64,000 nucleotides of DNA from contig PKDC01000031.1 of assembly GCA_002862435.1 (NCBI GenBank), positions 948 to 64,947 on the forward strand, read 5' to 3'. Under the pieces are notes generated by a model. It ran no database searches. It had not been told where the DNA came from and saw only the letters and a list, made by a program, of their open reading frames with translations. Made by a program: the position numbers and the translations under genes. Of the stretch, positions 42,842-58,689 are shown in pieces (the stretch's first letter is position 1; each line of letters starts with the position of its first letter). The stretch is from Pseudomonadota bacterium. Its GTDB lineage: Bacteria; Pseudomonadota; Gammaproteobacteria; UBA5335.

Positions 42842-44359
42842 ATGACCGCAATCAAGCAGGACGACCTGATCCAGAGTGTCGCCGACGCGCTGCAATTCAT
42901 CTCCTACTACCACCCCCTCGATTTCATCCAGGCCGTCCATGCCGCCTACGAGCGCGAGGAAAACCCCGCTGCCAAGGACGCCATGGCGCAGATCCTCATC
43001 AACTCGCGGATGTGCGCCGAGGGGCATCGCCCGATCTGCCAGGACACCGGCATTGTCACGGTCTTCCTCAAGATCGGCATGGATGTGCGCTGGGACGACG
43101 CCACCCGCTCGATCGAGGACATGGTCAACGAAGGGGTACGCCGCGCCTATCTCGATCCGGACAACGTCCTGCGCGCCTCGGTCCTGGCCGATCCGGCCGG
43201 CAAACGCCAGAACACCCGCGACAACACCCCGGCGGTGATCCACATGCAACTGGTGCCCGGCGCCACGGTCGATGTACAGGTGGCCGCCAAGGGCGGCGGC
43301 TCGGAGGCCAAGTCCAAGTTCGTCATGCTCAACCCGTCCGATTCCATCGTCGACTGGGTCCTGAAGACCGTGCCGACCATGGGCGCCGGCTGGTGCCCGC
43401 CGGGCATGTTGGGGATCGGCATCGGCGGAACGGCGGAAAAAGCCATGCTGCTGGCCAAGGAATCACTCATGGAGCCGGTGGACATCCAGGACCTGATGGC
43501 GCGCGGACCTGCCAACCGGGCCGAGGAATTGCGGCTGGAACTCTATGACAAGGTGAACGCGCTGGGCATCGGCGCCCAGGGCCTCGGAGGACTCACCACC
43601 GTGGTGGACGTGAAGGTGAAGGACTACCCCACCCACGCCGCCAATCTGCCGGTGGCGATGATCCCCAACTGTGCCGCCACGCGCCACGCCCATTTCGTGC
43701 TCGATGGCTCGGGGCCCGCCGAACTGACGCCCCCGCGCGTGGAAGACTGGCCACAGATCACCTGGAATGTGGGCGGTGCCCGGCGTGTCAACCTGGACAT
43801 TGTGACGCGTGAGGAAGTCGCCACCTGGCGATCCGGCGAGACCCTGCTCCTGTCCGGCCGCATGTACACCGGTCGCGACGCCGCCCACAAGAAAATGACC
43901 GACCTCATCGCCCAGGGCGCGCCGTTGCCGGTCGACCTCAAGGGTAAGTTCATCTACTACGTCGGTCCGGTTGATCCGGTGCGCGACGAAGTGGTGGGTC
44001 CCGCCGGCCCGACCACGGCCACGCGCATGGACAAGTTCACCCGGACGATCCTGGAGCAGACCGGCTTGCTCGGCATGATCGGCAAGTCCGAGCGCGGCCC
44101 GGCCGCGATTGCCGCCATCAAGGACAACCAGTCCGTCTACCTGATGGCGGTTGGCGGCGCGGCCTATCTGGTCTCCAAGGCCATCCGCCGCGCCGAGGTC
44201 AAGGCCTTCCCGGAGCTGGGGATGGAGGCGATCTACGAGTTCGAGGTCGTGGACATGCCGGTGACCGTGGCCGTGGATGCCCAGGGTGAATCGGTCCACG
44301 CCACCGCGCCCAGAATCTGGCAGGCCCGCATCGGCAAGATTCCCGTGGTGGAAGCTTGA
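42842..44359 (+). CDS. Class I (Fe-S) fumarate hydratase
   Basis: RPICQDTG, KGGGSE, AGWCPPG, TGRDAAHK and GPTTATRMD motifs. Confidence 0.94.
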   Translation: MTAIKQDDLIQSVADALQFISYYHPLDFIQAVHAAYEREENPAAKDAMAQILINSRMCAEGHRPICQDTGIVTVFLKIGMDVRWDDATRSIEDMVNEGVRRAYLDPDNVLRASVLADPAGKRQNTRDNTPAVIHMQLVPGATVDVQVAAKGGGSEAKSKFVMLNPSDSIVDWVLKTVPTMGAGWCPPGMLGIGIGGTAEKAMLLAKESLMEPVDIQDLMARGPANRAEELRLELYDKVNALGIGAQGLGGLTTVVDVKVKDYPTHAANLPVAMIPNCAATRHAHFVLDGSGPAELTPPRVEDWPQITWNVGGARRVNLDIVTREEVATWRSGETLLLSGRMYTGRDAAHKKMTDLIAQGAPLPVDLKGKFIYYVGPVDPVRDEVVGPAGPTTATRMDKFTRTILEQTGLLGMIGKSERGPAAIAAIKDNQSVYLMAVGGAAYLVSKAIRRAEVKAFPELGMEAIYEFEVVDMPVTVAVDAQGESVHATAPRIWQARIGKIPVVEA

Positions 44360-44790
44360 TGCGGCGTCATGCGTGGGATCACATGAAATCCAACAAGAAC
44401 GGCTCATCTGGTCGTTTTGACATGCACTGCGCTGGCGCGGCTGGCGAGAGCAACGCAAGACCGCGCCAGTAGTTCTGAACGAGCGTTGCGCGGCTTAAAT
44501 CATTAGGAGCCGAATCGCACCAATGCTCAGCCCGGCATGAGCTGAGCGCTCGTCGGCGATTTCTTTGCAATCCCAGGGCGGTAGATCGATGGCGCCCGCC
44601 AGGACGCCCTGCATGGTCTTCTTCGTAGCTCACTTGGCAGTCCGCCAAATTCCACTTTCCGGAGCCCGCGCGCAAGCTTGAGGCATGCGTGACGGGCGCC
44701 TGACCCTGAGATGCCCAGCCTTTGGGATCAGCGGCAAGATTACCGGTCGATCGCCCCCTGCAGCGCCAGGCCCTCGCCCGGACATGACGG

Positions 44791-44819
44791 TTGCCAGCCT
44801 GGCCAAAACACCATATATT
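44791..44819 (+). promoter_or_regulatory. Sigma70-type promoter of nrdAB
   Basis: TTGCCA (44791), 17 nt spacer, TATATT (44814); the -10 element lies inside NrdR box 1. Confidence 0.6.
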
Positions 44820-44854
44820 GTTTCCCGTCATCCGTCGCAAACCATATCTTGGGT
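44808..44854. promoter_or_regulatory. Tandem NrdR boxes
   Basis: ACACCATATATTGTTT (44808-44823) and AAACCATATCTTGGGT (44839-44854), 31 bp apart, match the consensus acaCwAtATaTwGtgt and lie upstream of nrdA. Confidence 0.85.
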
Positions 44855-44856
44855 TT

Positions 44857-44965
44857 GCAGAGGGGAACCCGGTGAGAATCCGGGGCTGTCGCGCAACGGT
44901 ATGAGCAGCCGCTCGAGCCCGAATGCCTCCGGTGACACGTCGGGACCTTCGCGTCAAAGGTTTCC
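44857..44965 (+). ncRNA. Cobalamin riboswitch, compact AdoCbl-variant / Cbl-II-like
   Basis: GGGGAACCCGGTGAGAATCCGGGGCTGTCGCGCAACGGT...GAGCCCGAATGCC core. The downstream hairpin GGACCTT-CGCGTCA-AAGGTTTCC has a loop complementary to TGTCGCG (kissing loop). Confidence 0.85.
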
Positions 44966-45058
44966 GGCAGGGCTGCCCTGCCTCGCCCCGGTCGAGTCAG
45001 CGGGCGCCCTGCCGAATCCGCGCGCGGGCCCCTCCCCGTAGACCGTCAGGAGGGAACC

Positions 45059-47932
45059 ATGTCGCATCTCCCCATCTCATCACGCCCCGCTCCATCCGCC
45101 GTGGCATTCATCGACCCATCGGCTGATGACACGCCCCGTCCCCATGAGCCCACTCCTGGCCATCATCAGGTGATTCGCCGCAACGGCCAGGTGACGCCCT
45201 TCGATGCCGGCAAGATTTCCGTCGCCATCACCAAGGCGTTTCTGGCCGTGGAAGGCGGCCCGGCGGCAGCGAGTCGGCGCATCCACGACAGCGTGGCCCG
45301 TTTGACCGTTCAGGTGGCGCAGGCAGTGACGCGTCGCCTGCCGGGCGGCGGCAGCATTCCCATCGAGGATATCCAGGATCAGGTCGAGCTGGCGCTAATG
45401 CGCGAGGGTCACCACAAGATCGCCCGCGCCTATGTGCTCTACCGCGAGGCGCGGGCCCAGGAGCGCGCTGCCCGCGAAACCACCACGCCCGCGGCGCAGC
45501 CATCGCTCACCGTGACACATCCGGATGGCCGGCGCAGTCCATTGGACGTGGCGCGGCTCGCCCAACTGATCACCGAGGCCTGCCGGGGTTTGAGCGATGT
45601 TGCGCCCGATCCGGTGCTGCAGGAGGCCCTGCGCAATCTCTATGACGGCGTGACGGAGGCGGAAGTCGCCCAGGCCCTGGTGCTGGCTGCGCGCCAGCGG
45701 GTCGAGACCGAGCCGCACTATGGCGTGGTCGCTGCGCGCTTGTTGCTGGACCACCTCCGCCGCGAAGCGCTGGGCTTCATCGGCACCGCGACCCAGGCCA
45801 CCGCCGCCGAAATGGCAAGCCTTTACCCCCCCTACTTCACTGCGTTCATCCAGCGCGGCATCGTGCTGGGCCGACTGGACGCGCGGCTGGCCGAATTCGA
45901 TCTGGCACGCATCGGCGCCGCCTTGCGGCCGGAGCGTGACGACCAGTTCGCTTTTCTCGGCCTGCAAACGCTTTATGACCGCTACTTCCTGCATGAGGCC
46001 GGCGTGCGCTACGAACTGCCGCAGGCCTTTTTCATGCGCGTTGCCATGGGACTGGCCTTGAACGAGGTGGATCGCGAGGCGCGGGCGATCGCGTTCTACG
46101 AACTGCTGTCGTCCTTCGACTTCATGTGTTCCACCCCGACGCTGTTCAATGCCGGCACCACCCGGCCGCAGCTCTCCTCGTGCTACCTCACCACGGTGCC
46201 GGATGACTTGAGCGGCATTTATGGCGCGGTCAAGGACAACGCCATGCTGTCGAAATTCGCCGGCGGGCTCGGCAACGACTGGACGCCGGTGCGGGCGCTC
46301 GGCGCCCATATCCAGGGCACCAATGGCAAGAGCCAGGGGGTCGTGCCGTTCCTCAAGGTGGTCAACGACACCGCCGTGGCGGTGAACCAGGGCGGCAAGC
46401 GCAAGGGCGCGGTCTGCGCCTATCTCGAGACCTGGCACCTGGACATCGAGGAGTTCCTGGAACTGCGCAAGAACACCGGCGATGAGCGCCGCCGCTGTCA
46501 CGACATGAACACCGCACATTGGGTGCCCGACCTGTTCATGCAGCGCGTGGCCGAGGGCGGCGTCTGGACGCTGTTCTCACCGGACGAGGTGCCGGACCTG
46601 CATGAGCGTTACGGGGCTGACTTCGCCGCCGCCTATGTCCGTTATGAAACCATGGCGCGCGCCGGCACGATCCGCAACGCCCGCACCGTCTCCGCCGTTG
46701 CCCTGTGGCGGCGGATGCTGACCATGCTGTTCGAGACCGGCCACCCCTGGATCACCTTCAAGGATCCCTGCAACCTGCGCTCGCCGCAGCAGCACGTGGG
46801 CGTCGTGCACTCCTCCAACCTGTGCACCGAGATCACGCTGAACTCCAAGGCGGGCGAGGAAATCGCCGTGTGCAACCTGGGCTCGGTGAATCTGGCGGCC
46901 CATATCGGACCTGCAGGACTCGATCTGGAGCGGCTGCGCCGCACCGTGCAGACGGCGCTGCGCATGCTCGACAACGTCATTGACCTCAACTACTACACGG
47001 TTCCTGCGGCGCGCGCCGCCAATCTGCGCCACCGTCCGGTGGGGTTGGGCCTGATGGGCTTCCAGGATGCGCTGCATGCCTTGGGACTGGCCTATGACAG
47101 CGTTGCGGCGGTGGATTTTGCGGACCGTTCGATGGAAGCGATCAGCTACTTCGCCATCGAGGCCAGCACACAGCTCGCCGAGGAGCGCGGACGCTATCCC
47201 AGTTTCGAGGGCTCGCTGTGGAGCCAGGGCGTTTTGCCCATCGACTCGATCGCCTTGCTGCACGCCGCGCGGGACGCGGGCGAGCTGGAAGTGGATCGCA
47301 CCGCCACGATGGACTGGGCGAGCCTGCGCGAGCGGGTGCAGCGGGTCGGCATGCGCAATTCCAATACCCTGGCGATCGCCCCCACCGCGACCATCAGCAA
47401 CATCTGCGGTGTCTCGCCGAGTATTGAGCCCACCTACCAGAACCTCTACGTCAAATCGAATCTGTCCGGCGAGTTCACGGTCATCAATCCCTTCCTCGCC
47501 GCCGAACTCAAGGCACGCGGGCTGTGGGACGCCGTGATGGTGCACGACCTCAAGTACTTCGACGGCTCGGTGCAGTCCATCGACCGGGTGCCGGCGGAGA
47601 TCAAGGCGCGCTACAAGACCGCGTTCGAGATCGAGCCGCACTGGCTGGTGGAAGCAGCCGCGCGGCGCCAGAAATGGCTCGATCAGGCCCAAAGCCTGAA
47701 CCTCTACGTCGCGGAGCCCTCGGGTCCCCGACTGGACGCGCTCTACCGGCTGGCCTGGCAGCGCGGCCTCAAGACCACTTACTACCTACGCACCCTCGGC
47801 GCCACCCACGCCGAAAAGGCCACCATCAGCGACGCGCGCCTGAACCGCGTCGATGCCGGCGCGGCTGCGCCAGCCTTCGCCGACGCCTCTACCTGCGCCA
47901 TCGATGACCCGGCCTGCGAGGCATGCCAATAG
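45059..47932 (+). CDS. nrdA: Class Ia ribonucleotide reductase alpha subunit with two ATP-cone-like domains
   Basis: VIRRNGQVTPFDAGKI cone, TPTLFNAG, SSCYL, SNLCTEI, APTATIS, KTTYYLR and a C-terminal C..CxxCQ tail. Confidence 0.96.
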   Translation: MSHLPISSRPAPSAVAFIDPSADDTPRPHEPTPGHHQVIRRNGQVTPFDAGKISVAITKAFLAVEGGPAAASRRIHDSVARLTVQVAQAVTRRLPGGGSIPIEDIQDQVELALMREGHHKIARAYVLYREARAQERAARETTTPAAQPSLTVTHPDGRRSPLDVARLAQLITEACRGLSDVAPDPVLQEALRNLYDGVTEAEVAQALVLAARQRVETEPHYGVVAARLLLDHLRREALGFIGTATQATAAEMASLYPPYFTAFIQRGIVLGRLDARLAEFDLARIGAALRPERDDQFAFLGLQTLYDRYFLHEAGVRYELPQAFFMRVAMGLALNEVDREARAIAFYELLSSFDFMCSTPTLFNAGTTRPQLSSCYLTTVPDDLSGIYGAVKDNAMLSKFAGGLGNDWTPVRALGAHIQGTNGKSQGVVPFLKVVNDTAVAVNQGGKRKGAVCAYLETWHLDIEEFLELRKNTGDERRRCHDMNTAHWVPDLFMQRVAEGGVWTLFSPDEVPDLHERYGADFAAAYVRYETMARAGTIRNARTVSAVALWRRMLTMLFETGHPWITFKDPCNLRSPQQHVGVVHSSNLCTEITLNSKAGEEIAVCNLGSVNLAAHIGPAGLDLERLRRTVQTALRMLDNVIDLNYYTVPAARAANLRHRPVGLGLMGFQDALHALGLAYDSVAAVDFADRSMEAISYFAIEASTQLAEERGRYPSFEGSLWSQGVLPIDSIALLHAARDAGELEVDRTATMDWASLRERVQRVGMRNSNTLAIAPTATISNICGVSPSIEPTYQNLYVKSNLSGEFTVINPFLAAELKARGLWDAVMVHDLKYFDGSVQSIDRVPAEIKARYKTAFEIEPHWLVEAAARRQKWLDQAQSLNLYVAEPSGPRLDALYRLAWQRGLKTTYYLRTLGATHAEKATISDARLNRVDAGAAAPAFADASTCAIDDPACEACQ

Positions 47933-48118
47933 AAGACATGACGGGCACCGATCCGGGGATCAATCGGCCACGCACGATTGCCCCGCGATCGGGGCTGGGG
48001 ATTTCTTTCTGGCGGACCCGGTGGCGACCGGGATGTCTTCACGGCGCATTCCCAGAAGATTCCCCCGCCCCTCACCCCATGGCCGCAACCAAACATTTCA
48101 CCCAATCTGGAGAATCCC

Positions 48119-49315
48119 ATGCTCAACTGGACTGACTCGACGTCTCCCGCGCCACAAGGCCTTGCGCCCGCGCCTGCGCTTGCGGACAACCCACTCGATT
48201 GCGCTGCGACCGAGAATCCGCCCGCAGCAAGCCGAACCGACACATCCACATCCCGACCGGTCACTGCCGCGCCGGGCCTGGAACCCATTGCCTTGGGCGC
48301 CGCGCGCATCCGGGTGGATGACAAACGCATCATCAATTGCCGCGCCGACCTGAACCAACTGGTGCCTTTCAAATACACCTGGGCCTGGGAGAAATACCTC
48401 GCCGCCTGTGCCAACCACTGGATGCCCAACGAAATCCCCATGGCGGCGGATATCGCCCAGTGGAAGGACCCGAACAGCCTCACCGAGGATGAACGCACGA
48501 TCATCAAGCGTGCGCTGGGCTTCTTCTCCACCGCCGATTCCCTGGTGGCCAACAATCTGGTGTTGGCGGTCTATCGCCACCTGACCAACCCGGAATGCCG
48601 CCAGTACCTGCTGCGCCAGGCCTTCGAGGAGGCGCTGCACACCCACTCCTACCAGTACATCATCGAATCGCTGGGAATGGATGAGGCCGAGATCTTCAAC
48701 ATGTACCGCGAAGTGCCCGCCGTGCACGACAAGGCGGCCTGGTCCTTGCCGTTCACCGAGTCACTGGCCGATCCCGACTTCCAGACCGGCACACCGCAGG
48801 ACAATCAGCGCCTGTTGCGCGATTTGATTGCGTTTTATGTGGTGTTCGAGGGGATCTTTTTCTATGTCGGCTTCGTGCAACTGCTGTCTTTCGGTCGGCG
48901 CAACAAGATGACCGGCACCGCCGAGCAGATCCAGTACATCCTGCGCGATGAGTCGATGCACATGAACTTCGGCATCGACGTCATCAACCAGATCAAGCTG
49001 GAAAATCCGGAGGTTTGGACTGCATCCTTCCAGCAGGAAATGCGTGAGCTGATCCTCGATGCCACCGAGCTGGAGATCCGCTATGCCCACGATACCCTGC
49101 CGCGTGGCGTGCTGGGCCTCAATGCCGGGATGTTCGTCGAATACCTGCACTTCATCGCCAACCGCCGTTGTCAGCAGATTGGTCTTACCGAGCTGTTTCC
49201 CGGCGCCGCCAACCCCTTCCCCTGGATGAGCGAAATGCTGGACCTGAAAAAGGAGAAGAATTTCTTTGAAACCCGCGTCATCGAATACCAGACCGGCGGG
49301 GCCTTGAGTTGGTGA
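48119..49315 (+). CDS. nrdB: Class Ia ribonucleotide reductase beta subunit
   Basis: [17 protein letters not shown] (radical Tyr present), EGIFFY, RDESMH and [10 protein letters not shown] motifs; SD GGAG precedes ATG 48119. Confidence 0.95.
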   Translation: MLNWTDSTSPAPQGLAPAPALADNPLDCAATENPPAASRTDTSTSRPVTAAPGLEPIALGAARIRVDDKRIINCRADLNQLVPFKYTWAWEKYLAACANHWMPNEIPMAADIAQWKDPNSLTEDERTIIKRALGFFSTADSLVANNLVLAVYRHLTNPECRQYLLRQAFEEALHTHSYQYIIESLGMDEAEIFNMYREVPAVHDKAAWSLPFTESLADPDFQTGTPQDNQRLLRDLIAFYVVFEGIFFYVGFVQLLSFGRRNKMTGTAEQIQYILRDESMHMNFGIDVINQIKLENPEVWTASFQQEMRELILDATELEIRYAHDTLPRGVLGLNAGMFVEYLHFIANRRCQQIGLTELFPGAANPFPWMSEMLDLKKEKNFFETRVIEYQTGGALSW

Positions 49316-49472
49316 GTCGGTCGGATGGTAGAACCGGCGCACGCAGTCCATTGGTGGCTACATTGCCATCGCCGAGGGGGAGAGAACAAGGCGAAGTGGC
49401 TTTGCTTAAGTCAACCCCACGGTCGAACAGGTTCTTTGAACGGCAGATTAAAGGCTGCTAGAATGGGCCGCC

Positions 49473-49829
49473 ATGCGTAAATTCGTCGCCCTGATCCTGC
49501 TGGTCCTGATGCCGCTGCAACTTATCTGGGCGGCAGAGGCTGTTTTTTGCTCGCACCATGAGCAGGGGAAAGCCGCCCAGCATATTGGGCATCACGCCGA
49601 TAGCACCACTCAGGATGATGTCAGCGAGGGCACCAATCAACCAGCTTCCCCGCTCTCCGATGCCTTCCACGACCACCATCATCACCATGGTCCAACCCTG
49701 GGTATCGCGCCGTTCATCGCCCTGCCCACCTTCGCTCGCCTGACCGCTTCGCTTCCAGATGTGAGGCAGCACGCGACGCGTGCCCTCCAATCGCGCATCG
49801 AGCGCCCCAAGTGGCCTTCCCTCGCCTAA
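49473..49829 (+). CDS. czcI: CzcI-like His-rich protein
   Basis: Signal-like LILLVLMPLQ, FCSHHE...HIGHH, HDHHHHHG and C-terminal IERPKW; lies directly upstream of czcC. Confidence 0.8.
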   Translation: MRKFVALILLVLMPLQLIWAAEAVFCSHHEQGKAAQHIGHHADSTTQDDVSEGTNQPASPLSDAFHDHHHHHGPTLGIAPFIALPTFARLTASLPDVRQHATRALQSRIERPKWPSLA

Positions 49830-49942
49830 CCGGCGAGGTAGCCAACCTTCATTTTCCTCCGGACTTCATGGGGTTGCGTGTCGCAACGTCCTAGGGGTCC
49901 CTGCCTCGCCAGTTCCCTTTCCTGAATTTTTAGGAGAACTGG

Positions 49943-51253
49943 ATGGATACGATTCGTTTTCGAAGCTGGCCGTGGACGCTGGCCATCATGGCGGCAGCCG
50001 TCATTTCTGCGGCAGCACCGACCCCAACCGCCGCACAAGAGATAACAACGGACGATGTGGCGACGTCGAGCCGTCCCCTCACCCTTTCCGATGCTATCGA
50101 CCGTGCCTTGAAAGCCAGTCCCGACCTGGCCGTTGCCCGGCGTGAACTGGAGGCCAGCGAGGGCACGGTCATGCAAGGTGGGGTCCGCCCAAACCCGGTA
50201 ATCGCCTTTCTGCAACAAGATACGCGGCAGGCGACGCGGACCACGACGCTGCAACTGAATCAGTCGATCGAGTTGGGCGGCAAGCGTAGGGCAAGAATCG
50301 AGGCGGCCGAGCGGGGCCGCGATACCGCGTCCCTGGGGTTGGACGTCAGGCGGGCCGAGATTCGCGCGGCGGTGACGGCGGCGTTCTTCGATGTACTCGT
50401 TGCGCAGGAACGTTTGCGACTTGCCCAAGCTTCCGTCGAACTTGCCGAGCATGCGACCGGTGCCGCCTCGCGGCGTGTGATCGCCGGCAAGATCTCCCCA
50501 GTAGAAGAGACCAAGGCGCGCGTGGCCGAAGCCGGCATGCGCCTTGAACTCACATTGGCTGCCAGCGAGCTGACGACGACACGCCGACGCCTGGCGGCAA
50601 CTTGGGGCAGCCCGACACCCCATTTCGAGCAGGTCGAGGGCGACCTGGATGCCCTGCCTGTATTACCCGTCCTGACCGATCTGAACACCCGGCTCGCCGC
50701 CTCCCCTGCCATGCTGCGGGCCAAGATCGAGGTCGGCCGTCGGCAGGCGCTGGCGGAGGTCGAGCGCCGCCAGCGCATGCCGAATGTGACCGTAAGTCTC
50801 GGTGCCCAGCGCAACGAAGAGCTGGGCCTCGATCAGGCGATTCTCGGCGTTTCGCTGCCAATCCCGATCTTTGATCGCAATCAAGGCAACCTCCTGGAAG
50901 CGCTGCGCCGGACCGACAAGGCCCGCGATGAACGCTCCGCCGCCGAGATTCGCTTGTCCAACGACTTGGCTGCGGCCTACGAGCGCCTGAAGGCGGTACA
51001 CCAGGAAGTCGAGTCGCTGCGCCGTGACATTCTGCCGGGTGCGCAAAGCGCCTTTGATGCCGCAACCAGGGGCTTCGAACTGGGCAAATTCAGCTTCCTC
51101 GAAGTACTCGACGCCCAACGCACCTTGTTTCAGGCCAAGACCCAACATCTCCGTGCGCTGGCCGAGACGCATCGATCCGCCGCCGAGATCGAACGCATCC
51201 TCGGTGACGCGTCACCCATTTTGTTTCTGGCGCCAGCCGTCACCCAGCCATAG
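49943..51253 (+). CDS. czcC: Heavy-metal RND outer membrane factor CzcC
   Basis: RPNP, IELGGKRRAR, PIFDRNQG and GKFSFLEVLDAQRTL motifs. Confidence 0.9.
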   Translation: MDTIRFRSWPWTLAIMAAAVISAAAPTPTAAQEITTDDVATSSRPLTLSDAIDRALKASPDLAVARRELEASEGTVMQGGVRPNPVIAFLQQDTRQATRTTTLQLNQSIELGGKRRARIEAAERGRDTASLGLDVRRAEIRAAVTAAFFDVLVAQERLRLAQASVELAEHATGAASRRVIAGKISPVEETKARVAEAGMRLELTLAASELTTTRRRLAATWGSPTPHFEQVEGDLDALPVLPVLTDLNTRLAASPAMLRAKIEVGRRQALAEVERRQRMPNVTVSLGAQRNEELGLDQAILGVSLPIPIFDRNQGNLLEALRRTDKARDERSAAEIRLSNDLAAAYERLKAVHQEVESLRRDILPGAQSAFDAATRGFELGKFSFLEVLDAQRTLFQAKTQHLRALAETHRSAAEIERILGDASPILFLAPAVTQP

Positions 51254-51261
51254 GGGCCAAC

Positions 51262-52776
51262 ATGAAACCCAATCTGAACAAGACACAGACCTTTTCCATT
51301 GTGCTGGTTCTCGGAATCGGCGTCGTGCTTGCCTGGCTGATTTTCGGTATGGGCAAACCGCAACCGGAGGGTGATGAAGAAACGCATGGCGGCCCCGCAG
51401 AAACAGCCGGTCCTAACGACATTGCGAATGCACCGCAGAAAGGCCCGCATGGCGGAAAGCTGTTCACGCAGGACGGCTACGGGGTTGAAGTAACCATCTT
51501 CGAACAAGGGGTGGAACCGCAGTTTCGCCTCTACACCACCCAGGACGGCAAGCCGCTCGACCCTGCGGCCAGCCAGATCACCCTCACACTCGAACGCCTT
51601 GGCCGCCCTCCCCAAGTGTTCACGTTCGCCAAGGAACATGACTATCTCAAGGGCGATGCGGTGGTCGAAGAGCCGCATTCGTTCAAGGTGGCCATCGCCG
51701 CGCAGTACGCCAACAAGCCATATCGCTTCACCTACGAGCAGGTCGAGGCGCGGGTGACCCTGACTGATCAGCAGCTCGGGCAGCACAACGTCGAGGTGCT
51801 GACCGCCGGACCGGCGCGCATTGAAAGCGCCTTGCAACTGATCGGTGAGATCCGCCTCAACGAAGATCGCATGGTGCATGTCGTGCCGCGCTTGACCGGC
51901 GTCGTTGAATCGTCGGCCGCCAACGCCGGCGACCGGGTGCGCAAGGGGCAGGTGCTCGCGGTAATTTCCAGCCAGGCGCTGGCCGACCAGCGCAGCGAAC
52001 TGCTGGCCGCGCAGCAGCGCCTGGCACTGGCGCGCACGACCTTCGAGCGCGAAAAGAAGCTATGGCAGGAGAAGATCTCGGCCGAACAGGACTACCTGCA
52101 AGCACGCAACGCCATGCAGGAAGCGGAAATCGCCGTCCAGAACGCACGACAGAAATTGGCCTCGCTCCGCGGCGGACTGCGGGCGGGCGGTGACCTCACG
52201 CGCTATGAGATTCGGTCGCCCATCGACGGCATCGTCGTCGAGAAGCACATCTCTTTAGGCGAAGCCGTGAAGGACGATGCCAATATCTTCGTCATCGCTG
52301 ATCTGTCCACGGTGTGGGCCGAAATGACCATCTACGCCAAGGATTTGAATGCCGTGAAAGTCGGCCAGAAGGCCACCGTCAAGGCGACCGCGTTCGAATC
52401 CCAAAGCAGCGGCGCCGTGTCCTATGTCGGCGCGCTGGTGGGCGAGCAGACCCGGACGGCTAAAGCACGCGTCGTGCTGCCCAACCCGAAAGGCATCTGG
52501 CGCCCCGGTCTGCCGGTCAACGTCGAGCTGGTGGCCGATGAGGTCGAAGTGCCGGTGGCTGTCTCCACAGAGGCGATCCAGACCGTGCGCGACTGGACCG
52601 TCGTCTTCGGCCGCTATGGCGAGTCCTTCGAAGCGCGCCCCGTAGAACTGGGACGCAGCGACGGCAAATTCACCGAGGTCATCAAAGGGCTGAGCGCGGG
52701 CGAGCGGTATGCCGCGAAGAACAGCTTTCTGATCAAGGCCGATCTGGGTAAATCCGGCGCCAGCCACGACCACTAG
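51262..52776 (+). CDS. czcB: Heavy-metal RND membrane fusion protein CzcB with an extra N-terminal domain
   Basis: GPHGGKL N-terminal domain; EIRSPIDG, ADLSTVW, GEQTRTA and FLIKADLGKSGASHDH motifs. Confidence 0.9.
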   Translation: MKPNLNKTQTFSIVLVLGIGVVLAWLIFGMGKPQPEGDEETHGGPAETAGPNDIANAPQKGPHGGKLFTQDGYGVEVTIFEQGVEPQFRLYTTQDGKPLDPAASQITLTLERLGRPPQVFTFAKEHDYLKGDAVVEEPHSFKVAIAAQYANKPYRFTYEQVEARVTLTDQQLGQHNVEVLTAGPARIESALQLIGEIRLNEDRMVHVVPRLTGVVESSAANAGDRVRKGQVLAVISSQALADQRSELLAAQQRLALARTTFEREKKLWQEKISAEQDYLQARNAMQEAEIAVQNARQKLASLRGGLRAGGDLTRYEIRSPIDGIVVEKHISLGEAVKDDANIFVIADLSTVWAEMTIYAKDLNAVKVGQKATVKATAFESQSSGAVSYVGALVGEQTRTAKARVVLPNPKGIWRPGLPVNVELVADEVEVPVAVSTEAIQTVRDWTVVFGRYGESFEARPVELGRSDGKFTEVIKGLSAGERYAAKNSFLIKADLGKSGASHDH

Positions 52777-52785
52777 GAGGCCACC

Positions 52786-58659
<5,874 letters not shown>

Positions 58660-58689
58660 CGCAATGCGTTGTTTGGTTTGCATTGGACG

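Noticed and set aside
48119-49315. Possible class Ic (Mn/Fe, Tyr-less) NrdB
   Set aside because: The first ligand is Asp (STADSL) and the radical Tyr is present (HTHSY), consistent with class Ia.
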